Positions 48,192-55,395 of a stretch of DNA of 55,395 nt are shown here, in pieces. Every line of letters starts with the position of its first letter. Within the stretch, counting starts at the first letter, position 1. Under the pieces are notes generated by a model, which was not told where the DNA came from, did no database searches, and saw only the letters and a list, made by a program, of their open reading frames with translations. The translations under genes and the position numbers were made by a program. Where the stretch lies: the NCBI GenBank assembly GCA_020859965.1, contig JAJBVF010000034.1:167-55561 (forward strand). Reading direction: 5' to 3'. The DNA comes from Clostridiales bacterium (GTDB taxonomy: Bacteria; Bacillota; Clostridia; Lachnospirales; Lachnospiraceae).

Positions 48192-50522
48192 ATGGATACA
48201 GAGAAAGATTTCAGCATTCCCAAACTGCTTGGACCTGGATGCGTCTTGCAGCGCGGAGAAAAAACGAGAGTCTGGGGCTGGGCGCCTCCGGGGGCGTCTG
48301 TGGAGATCGTATTGCTGAAGCAGAAAGAGAAGACCGTAGTGGCTCGCTGTGCCGCGACGGCGGACGCCGATGGAACATTTACTTCTTATTTTGAAGGACT
48401 GAAGGCCGGCGGGCCGTATATTCTTGTATTTTGGTGCAGGGAGGAGGGTGCTGAAATACAAGAAACGCCCCTTTCCGCTGACGGGGATACCAGTGCTTCT
48501 CAATCGGAACGGGGGATTCCTTTTGTAAAAGCAGAGGTTCCGGATGTCTGGGTGGGCGATGTGTTTGTCTGTGCCGGGCAGTCCAACATGGAGCTGCCGA
48601 TGAGCCGGGTAAGGGAGAAATATCCGGAGGAATTTTTAAATGGCGGCTGTGACCGCGTACATGTGTACAAGGTGCAGGAGGCATATAATTTTAAAAGGGA
48701 AGCTTCTGAACATGCACATGCAAACTGGAATCTGCCCTTTGCGGAGACATCTGCTTTTTCTTACTTTCTCGGAAAGGAACTTTCACAGAGGGAGGGAGTG
48801 CCCATCGGGATTTTGAATCTGAGCCTTGGCGGCACGCCGATTCAGGCCTGGATGAGCGAGGATGCCCTGGAAGCCTGGCCGGATTATCAGAGAGAAAGGG
48901 TCGTGTTGTCAGACGACGAATACTGCCGTACTCTGACAGCACAGAAGGCGGAAGAAGAAGCTGCATGGCAGAAGGCGCTTTGCGAAAAGGAAAGAGAGGC
49001 CTGGCCGCCGCGGGGCACTTCTCTCTGGCAGCCGATCCGGCTTCCCGGCTCTCTTGCGGAAGCCGGTCTGGTGAATTTCTGCGGAAGCGTGATGCTGAGG
49101 AAGAAATTTTCTGTTTCGGATGATCAGGCCGGAAAAAAAGCTTTGCTGCGGCTGGGCACTCTGGCGGACGCAGACCGGGCTTATATCAATGGCGTTTTGG
49201 TGGGCGAGACAGGATACCGTTATCCTCCGAGACGATATACAGTGCCGGAAGGAGTGCTGCAGACCGGGGAAAATGAGCTTCTGATCCATCTGGTATGCAG
49301 AAATGGCGACGGGCGCATGACAAAAGGAAAAACGGTGGAGCTGGCCTGGGAGGATGTCTGTGATGACAACTGGCCTCTTAAGCACTGCCAACCGGGAAGC
49401 GAAGCTTCCGCTGCGGCGCAGCCTGCCGTCGGACAAAGGGAAGGGCTGTTTTCCTGCGAGAAAATTTCGGCTCCCATTCCTCTGGAGGGAGAATGGGAAT
49501 ATCTGGTACTGGCCAAGGTGGCTCCGGCGCCGGAGCAGGTGTTTTTGAACCGGGGAGCAACCGGCCTGTTTCGTGAAATGGTGGCTCCCGCTCTGGCGTA
49601 CACGGTGAAAGGCGTCGTCTGGTATCAGGGCGAATCGAATGATGGCAGGCCAGAGGAGTATGCGAAGCTGCTGCCTGCGATGATTTCCAACTGGCGAAGA
49701 CGGTGGATGCAGGAGAGCCTGCCTTTTGTGATTGTGCAGCTGCCGAATTGCGGCATTGATATCGCAATGGAGACGGCAGACGGAGAACTGCCGTGGCCGA
49801 TGATCCGCGAGGCGCAGCGGCGGGCCGGCGATCTTCCTGATGTGGCGGTGACTGTGAATCTGGATATCGGGGAAGACAATGACCTGCATCCTCTCAACAA
49901 AAAAGAAGCTGCACGGCGGGCGGCACTGGCACTGCGGAAAATCGTGTACCACGAGGATGTGATATGCTCCGGTCCGGAGCTGTACGGATGGGAAAAGCAT
50001 ACGGATGGACTGATGCTGCGTTTTGACCGTCCAGTAATATTCCGGAACATTCAAAATCCCGGAAGCGCGGAGGATGTTTTAGCAAATTCTGCTGCCGATA
50101 CTCAAGTCAGGGAATTTTCTGCCGCGGACATTTCAGTGCGGGAAAACTCTGCTGCGGATACCCTGGTTCAGGATATTTCTGCCGGGAAGGAATCCGCTGA
50201 GAAAACCCGCATTCCGGATGGATTGTTTGAGCTTTACTGCGAGGATGCCGGATGGCTTCCGGCAAAAGCAGAACTGCACTGCGGGGAGATCCGTCTGCAG
50301 CCGGTTTTTCCGGCGGATGCCGGTTCTTCTGTGAAGAAATCTGCCGGGCGCGGGGAGAAACTGTGCGGGGAAGTATTGCCGGGCAAAGCAGTAAGAGCAG
50401 AATCTATACTTGCCGTCCGTTACGCGTGGAGCAACGCGCCGGGCAGCCGGCTGCTTTATGGAGAAGAAGGACTTTGTGTGACGCCGTTTTGCGAGCGGCT
50501 GCGCTGCACGGAGACAACGTAA
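48192..50522 (+). CDS. SASA/sialate O-acetylesterase-family carbohydrate acetylesterase
   Basis: VLQRG, GDVFVCAGQSNME, GGTPIQAW, WYQGESN, VQLPN, DLHPLNKK and VRYAW motifs; no signal peptide. Confidence 0.9.
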   Translation: MDTEKDFSIPKLLGPGCVLQRGEKTRVWGWAPPGASVEIVLLKQKEKTVVARCAATADADGTFTSYFEGLKAGGPYILVFWCREEGAEIQETPLSADGDTSASQSERGIPFVKAEVPDVWVGDVFVCAGQSNMELPMSRVREKYPEEFLNGGCDRVHVYKVQEAYNFKREASEHAHANWNLPFAETSAFSYFLGKELSQREGVPIGILNLSLGGTPIQAWMSEDALEAWPDYQRERVVLSDDEYCRTLTAQKAEEEAAWQKALCEKEREAWPPRGTSLWQPIRLPGSLAEAGLVNFCGSVMLRKKFSVSDDQAGKKALLRLGTLADADRAYINGVLVGETGYRYPPRRYTVPEGVLQTGENELLIHLVCRNGDGRMTKGKTVELAWEDVCDDNWPLKHCQPGSEASAAAQPAVGQREGLFSCEKISAPIPLEGEWEYLVLAKVAPAPEQVFLNRGATGLFREMVAPALAYTVKGVVWYQGESNDGRPEEYAKLLPAMISNWRRRWMQESLPFVIVQLPNCGIDIAMETADGELPWPMIREAQRRAGDLPDVAVTVNLDIGEDNDLHPLNKKEAARRAALALRKIVYHEDVICSGPELYGWEKHTDGLMLRFDRPVIFRNIQNPGSAEDVLANSAADTQVREFSAADISVRENSAADTLVQDISAGKESAEKTRIPDGLFELYCEDAGWLPAKAELHCGEIRLQPVFPADAGSSVKKSAGRGEKLCGEVLPGKAVRAESILAVRYAWSNAPGSRLLYGEEGLCVTPFCERLRCTETT
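50085..50190 (+). repeat. 30-bp coding tandem repeat (about 3.5 units) in the esterase gene
   Basis: NSAADTQVRE / FSAADISVRE / NSAADTLVQD / ISAG. Confidence 0.8.
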
Positions 50523-50672
50523 AACAGAGCATTGTATTTGAATATGCAAAAATGTGACCCGAAGAAATTTGCGGCACTTGCTTCAGGAAATTTTGAGGGC
50601 GAGCGAGCAACAAAGCTGCGTGAGTGAATGTAACAGGTAAATGGATACGTAAAGGAGGCTGTGCGAAAATCA

Positions 50673-53600
50673 ATGGCAAAACTGAGACTGAATGACTACA
50701 TCAACGTGATCCTGGATCCGGCGGCTGCGCAGGGAATCCGCAGAATCGGTGCGAAGGTCGCGACGGATGTAGAAGCGACAACGGGGGCAAAAAGCCAGGT
50801 GATTTTACCGGATACAGTTCCTGGGCTGCCGCAGGCGATCCTCGTCGCGGAGCTGGGACATGACGCATTGGCAGAGACACTGATGGAGAGACTGCCGGAG
50901 CTTGAGAAGCTGAAGGGAAGATGGGAGAGCTACGGCTTTTTCCTGATTGAAAAGCCTCTTCCGAATGTGGAAGAGGGGCTTGTGATTGTGGGCAGCGACC
51001 GGATCGGCACGATCTACGGCATGTTCCATTTGTCGGAGCTGCTGGGAGTGACTGCCTGGGGATTCTGGGGCGATGCCGCGCCGCCGGCCGCCAGAGGCGT
51101 GATTCTGACCGATTCGGAACTGAATGAGGGCGGAACCTCCGCACAAAGGAAGAATTCAGGGACGGGTCACGGCTTTGCAAAAGCAGATATTACCGGGACC
51201 GGGCAGGGACTTGAAGAAAAATCTGCTTCCAGGTACGAGCAGAGTCTGACAGATGGAAGAGACGCTTTATCCGGCAAAGAAGTGCGTGATACGGCATCAG
51301 GCATGGACTCTTTCGCGCATACCTATCCGAGAGATGTTTACTCCTGGGGAGAAAAACGGCAGCGCCCGATCCTGCCGACGGAGACAATTTATGTGAAAAA
51401 CGGGATCTCAAAGGAGCCGTCGGTCCGTTACCGGGGATTTTTTATCAATGATGAATGGCCCTGCTTCGGAAACTGGACATTTTCCCATTATCAGGGATTT
51501 ACCGCCGAGATGTACGACAAGGTATTTGAGTATCTGCTGCGTATGAAGGGAAATTATCTGTGGCCTGCGATGTGGTCTTCCTCCTTTTTGCTGGATGGGC
51601 CGGGACTGGCGTCGATGGAACTGGCGACAGAGTATGGCATCTACATCGGGATGTCGCACCACGAGCCCTGCATGCGCTCCGGCGCTGAGTTTTCTATTTT
51701 TAAAGGGGAGCATTCTCCTTACGGAAATGACTGGAGCTATGTGACCAACAAGGAAGGGTTGCTGAAATTCTGGGAGGACGGTCTGGCGCGTGTCCGGGGA
51801 CAGAATGTGTTTCCGACCATCGGTATGCGAGGAGAGAACGACAGCAAGATGCTGGGCGATGATTCCACCATTGAAGAAAATGTCCGTCTGCTGAAGGAGA
51901 TTATTACCGAGCAAAGAAAGCTGATCGCGAAGCATATCAATCCTGACCTGAAAAAGGTACCGCAGCTGCTGGCGATTTACAAAGAGGTCGAGGACTACTT
52001 TTTCGGAAACGAAGAGGCATCCGGGCTGAGCGATTTTGAAGAGCTCGATGATGTGACACTGATGTTTTGCGAGGACAATTTCAATAACATGCGCGCCCTT
52101 CCGCAGGAGATGGCGCAATACGCTTTTGACCCGTCAAAGGACCGTGATCGTTTGCCTGCGCATCCGGGCGGCTACGGTATGTACTATCATGTGGACTACC
52201 ACGGCTCGCCGATTTCCTATGAGTGGGTGAATTCCACGCCGATTACAAAGATCTGGGAGCAGATGACCGAGGCCTGGGAGTACGGCATCCGCGAGGTATG
52301 GATTCTGAATGTCGGCGATGTCAAGTTCAACGAGTATCCTCTGGGATATTTTCTTTCGCTGGCATATGATTTTGACACCTATGGACTGGACGGGCTGGAT
52401 AATACGCTTGCTTATACGGAAGAATGGATACGCTCTTTATTTGGGAAACTGGTTGACGAGGAGAAGGTTTCTGAGATAACGTGGGTATTGAAAGAGTCCG
52501 TTGATCTGCACAGCCTGCGCAGGGCGGAGGCGCTGAACGATACTATTTATCATCCGGTGCATTATGGCGAGGCGAAGCAGATGCTGCAGCGTGCCGAGTC
52601 TCTGGAAAAGAGAAATGAGGAGCTGTACGCTTCGCTGAAAGGGTCTCTTGGCGCGGACGGCTATTACAGTATGATCTATTTCCCGGCGGCTGGGATCGCG
52701 AATCTGCTGAAAATGCATCTCGCGTCAGGGCTGAACCATCTGTACAGCGCACAGGGAAAAGCGGTGGCAAATCAGTATGGAGAGATGCTGGAGGCATGCA
52801 TTTTGCGTGATCGGGCTCTTGCGAAGGAGCTGGCGGCTTTCCGGGACGGAAAGTGGAGCGGTATGGAGCGCGAGGAGCATATCGGTTTTGTGAACTGGAA
52901 TGATGAGGATTATCGCTATCCTGTCAGACATATGCTAACCCTCCCGGATCATCCGCGGCTGGTGGTTTCCCGTGCGGATCGTACAAAGACTTTTACCAAC
53001 CAGTATTTTCCAGTGCCGCTTACCATCCGGGATTTTGAAAATGCCGGGACGGATCAGGTGACACTGCAGGTGGCAAACGGAGGCTGCGGGACGGTGGACT
53101 GGCAAATCGTGGGAGAGAGCGAGTGTTTTGAAATCACGCCGTCCTGTGGCAGCACAGCTTTGCAGACAGAAGTGACAGTCCGCGTGTTAAGAGAGCGCAT
53201 TCCGGCGCATGAGACCGTCGAGTTCCGCTGCCAGGTCAGAGCCGGGAGAGAGTGTGTACCGCTGCTTATTACAGCGCGAAATCCGGAGCTGGACGGGATT
53301 CCAAAGGGGGCATTTCTGGTCCAGGAGGGTATCTGCGTCTGGGATGCTGCGGAATTTGTGGACAGCACTCCGGGTATGGCGGAGGAAGAAATGTGCACAG
53401 GGAAAAATGCGTGCGGGATACCAGACGGAGAAAAGCATGTGTCTGAAGCAGCCGCCGCGTTTCAGATGCTGCGGGATTATGGCAAATATGGCTCTGGGAT
53501 GAAGGTTTTCCCGACGACGGCCGTCTTTGACGAGAACGACTGGAAGCAGGGCCTGGCGCCGAGCCTGTCGTATGAAATCTGGACGCCGGAAGCAGGCGCG

Positions 53601-53933
53601 TATCGCCTGTCGCTGCACACCTCGCCTGCCAACCCGCTGGTTTACGGAGGAATGCTCCGGTATGGCATCTCTGTGAACGGAGAGGCTCCCCGGATGGTGG
53701 CAGTCACATCGGATGGCTACCGCGGAGGCGACCCGGGATGTGCTGTCTGGTGCGAGGCTGTGCTGAACCAGGAACATGTAGCAGAGGTTCCGGTGAGTCT
53801 GCGCGAGGGGCTCAACCGCATTACGGTTTATGCGGGAGATGCCGGTATCGTCCTGGAGAGGCTGACGCTGGAACAGGATGGTACCAGGATCCTTAAGTCC
53901 TATCTGGGAGCCCCGGTGAGCTATCGGGTGTGA
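50673..53933 (+). CDS. Glycoside hydrolase family 115 (alpha-glucuronidase)
   Basis: GSDRIGTIYG, EPSVRYRGFFINDEWP, GNYLWPAMW, SHHEP, YKEV, YYHVDYHG and WILNVGDVK motifs. Confidence 0.93.
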   Translation: MAKLRLNDYINVILDPAAAQGIRRIGAKVATDVEATTGAKSQVILPDTVPGLPQAILVAELGHDALAETLMERLPELEKLKGRWESYGFFLIEKPLPNVEEGLVIVGSDRIGTIYGMFHLSELLGVTAWGFWGDAAPPAARGVILTDSELNEGGTSAQRKNSGTGHGFAKADITGTGQGLEEKSASRYEQSLTDGRDALSGKEVRDTASGMDSFAHTYPRDVYSWGEKRQRPILPTETIYVKNGISKEPSVRYRGFFINDEWPCFGNWTFSHYQGFTAEMYDKVFEYLLRMKGNYLWPAMWSSSFLLDGPGLASMELATEYGIYIGMSHHEPCMRSGAEFSIFKGEHSPYGNDWSYVTNKEGLLKFWEDGLARVRGQNVFPTIGMRGENDSKMLGDDSTIEENVRLLKEIITEQRKLIAKHINPDLKKVPQLLAIYKEVEDYFFGNEEASGLSDFEELDDVTLMFCEDNFNNMRALPQEMAQYAFDPSKDRDRLPAHPGGYGMYYHVDYHGSPISYEWVNSTPITKIWEQMTEAWEYGIREVWILNVGDVKFNEYPLGYFLSLAYDFDTYGLDGLDNTLAYTEEWIRSLFGKLVDEEKVSEITWVLKESVDLHSLRRAEALNDTIYHPVHYGEAKQMLQRAESLEKRNEELYASLKGSLGADGYYSMIYFPAAGIANLLKMHLASGLNHLYSAQGKAVANQYGEMLEACILRDRALAKELAAFRDGKWSGMEREEHIGFVNWNDEDYRYPVRHMLTLPDHPRLVVSRADRTKTFTNQYFPVPLTIRDFENAGTDQVTLQVANGGCGTVDWQIVGESECFEITPSCGSTALQTEVTVRVLRERIPAHETVEFRCQVRAGRECVPLLITARNPELDGIPKGAFLVQEGICVWDAAEFVDSTPGMAEEEMCTGKNACGIPDGEKHVSEAAAAFQMLRDYGKYGSGMKVFPTTAVFDENDWKQGLAPSLSYEIWTPEAGAYRLSLHTSPANPLVYGGMLRYGISVNGEAPRMVAVTSDGYRGGDPGCAVWCEAVLNQEHVAEVPVSLREGLNRITVYAGDAGIVLERLTLEQDGTRILKSYLGAPVSYRV

Positions 53934-53953
53934 CGGACAGAAACGAGAGTGAA

Positions 53954-54166
53954 CCTGCATCAAAACGCGATGCAGGACATGGAGGGAGAGCCGCGCCATT
54001 AGAAATCGCGCCTGAGCGCGATGGGCACGGCCTGCGTCCTGCATCAAAACCCGATGCAGGATATGGAGTGGAGAGCCGCGCATGCAAAATCGCCTGATGG
54101 CGATGGCGCGGCCTACATCCTGCATCAAAACCCGATGCAGGATATGTAGTGGAGAGCCGCGCATGC
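53954..54166. repeat. Tandem array of 81-84-bp palindromic units (about 2.6 copies)
   Basis: cctgcatc-N7-gatgcagg hairpins start at 53954, 54038 and 54119, each followed by ggagagccgcgc. Confidence 0.9.
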
Positions 54167-54223
54167 AGCAAAATTCCGCTTGTGCATGATGCCAGGCGGG
54201 GAATAAATAAAGGAGGAATTACA

Positions 54224-55270
54224 ATGAATGGGACGATGAAAACTGCAGTTATGACAGACCTGCGCAAGGTCGAGATTCAGAGAAGGCCGATCCCGGTGCC
54301 GATGGAGGACGAGGTTCTGGTAAAGATCGAGTATGTGGGAATTTGTGGTTCTGACCTTCACTACTATGAAGCCGGGAGAATCGGCGACTTTGTCGTAGAG
54401 ACACCCTTTGTGCTTGGCCATGAGGCCGGAGGCACGGTCGTGGAGGTCGGCGAAAATGTGAAGAATCTGAAGGTTGGGGACCGGGTAGCTTTGGAGCCGG
54501 GCAAGACCTGCGGTCACTGCGAATTCTGCAAGCAGGGCAAATACAACCTGTGCAAGGATGTTATTTTCTTTGCGACGCCGCCGGTGGACGGTGTGTTCCA
54601 GGAATATGTGGCTCACGAGGCCGGGCTGTGCTTTAAGCTGCCGGAAAATGTGAGCACAATGGAGGGCGCGCTGATTGAACCGTTGGCTGTGGGCATGCAC
54701 GCGGCGTGCCAGGGCGACGCGCATCTGGGCCAGACCTGTGTAGTGACCGGGGCCGGGTGCATCGGTCTGGTGTCCATGCTTTCGTTGAAAGCCAGAGGCG
54801 TTTCAAAGGTGATCGTCGTGGACGTGATGGATAAGCGCCTGGAAAAAGCGAAGGAACTGGGCGCGGACGAGGTGATCAACGGCGCAAAGGAGGATACGGT
54901 CGCGCGGATTCTGGAGATTACGGGCGGCGCGGGCTTTGACCTGGGTATCGAGACGGCCGGCTCTCAGATTACGGCACAGCAGCAGATCCGTGCTGCTAAA
55001 AAGGGCGCGACGATCGTGTTTGTAGGCTACAGCCCGTCCGGCGATATGACGCTCCCGATCGGCATGGCTCTGGATAAGGAGCTGACCTTCAAGACGGTTT
55101 TCCGCTATCGGAATATCTATCCGATGGCGATTGACGCAGTGTCGACCGGCAAGATTCACATCAAAGATATAGTGACTAATTATTTTGAACTGGACGACAT
55201 TCAGAATGCGCTGGATTCCTGCGTAGACAATAAGGCGGAGATTGTGAAAGGGGTAATCAGAGTAAGCTGA
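54224..55270 (+). CDS. Zn-dependent MDR polyol dehydrogenase (sorbitol/xylitol dehydrogenase-like)
   Basis: [30 protein letters not shown] and GAGCIG motifs; AAGGAGG RBS. Confidence 0.92.
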   Translation: MNGTMKTAVMTDLRKVEIQRRPIPVPMEDEVLVKIEYVGICGSDLHYYEAGRIGDFVVETPFVLGHEAGGTVVEVGENVKNLKVGDRVALEPGKTCGHCEFCKQGKYNLCKDVIFFATPPVDGVFQEYVAHEAGLCFKLPENVSTMEGALIEPLAVGMHAACQGDAHLGQTCVVTGAGCIGLVSMLSLKARGVSKVIVVDVMDKRLEKAKELGADEVINGAKEDTVARILEITGGAGFDLGIETAGSQITAQQQIRAAKKGATIVFVGYSPSGDMTLPIGMALDKELTFKTVFRYRNIYPMAIDAVSTGKIHIKDIVTNYFELDDIQNALDSCVDNKAEIVKGVIRVS

Positions 55271-55292
55271 GAGCGTGCTGCCTGATGCCACC

Positions 55293-55395
55293 TATCAGGG
55301 TCATAAGGGATCCACCAGCAAGCTGGTCCCCCTTATGACATATCAGGGTCATAAGGGATCCACCAGCAAGCTGGTCCCCCTTATGACATATCAGG
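55293..55395. repeat. Perfect 48-bp palindromic tandem repeat running off the window end
   Basis: tatcagggtcataagggatccaccagcaagctggtcccccttatgaca at 55293 and 55341; third copy begins at 55389. Confidence 0.92.

Noticed and set aside
53187-54164. 325-aa minus-strand ORF with repeated MRGSPLHILHRVLMQD
   Set aside because: The peptide repeat is a by-product of the 81/84-nt DNA array, and the rest is antisense to GH115
53954-54166. CRISPR array
   Set aside because: The sequences between the hairpins are homologous to each other rather than unique spacers, and there are no cas genes in the window
55293-55395. CRISPR array at the window end
   Set aside because: Units are head-to-tail and identical, with no spacers

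Overview
Chromosomal window from a Clostridia-class (Lachnospiraceae-like) bacterium, mostly + strand. In order: a 1-phosphofructokinase gene running off the left edge (absent from the ORF track); a 10-gene Mrp/MBH/MBS-type operon (mrpE-F-G-DUF4040-B-C plus four antiporter-like subunits, with no NuoH-like or redox subunit); a LacI-like sensor/GGDEF gene; tatD and rsmA; an AAA-nuclease gene; an orphan LpdD-like gene; a complete F1Fo ATP synthase operon whose c subunit has a two-carboxylate Na+-site signature; a second ATPase-nuclease gene; ctpA, a degenerate sigma70 paralog and pyk; an OmpR-type two-component system; a Zn-ribbon/DUF5685/J-domain triad; a frameshifted mscL; a YhaO/YhaN (SbcD/SbcC-like) pair; and an AraC-controlled sugar locus (ABC permeases, binding protein, acetylesterase, GH115, Zn-dehydrogenase). 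I saw no rRNA, tRNA, transposase or CRISPR array. The most unusual signals are the 'headless' four-pump Mrp-like complex near a Na+-type ATP synthase, a family of palindromic repeats (one read in frame inside a membrane gene, one dispersed with compensatory stem changes), pervasive in-frame loop insertions in housekeeping proteins, and strongly acidic exported proteins. All family assignments come from motif recognition by eye; no database search was run.
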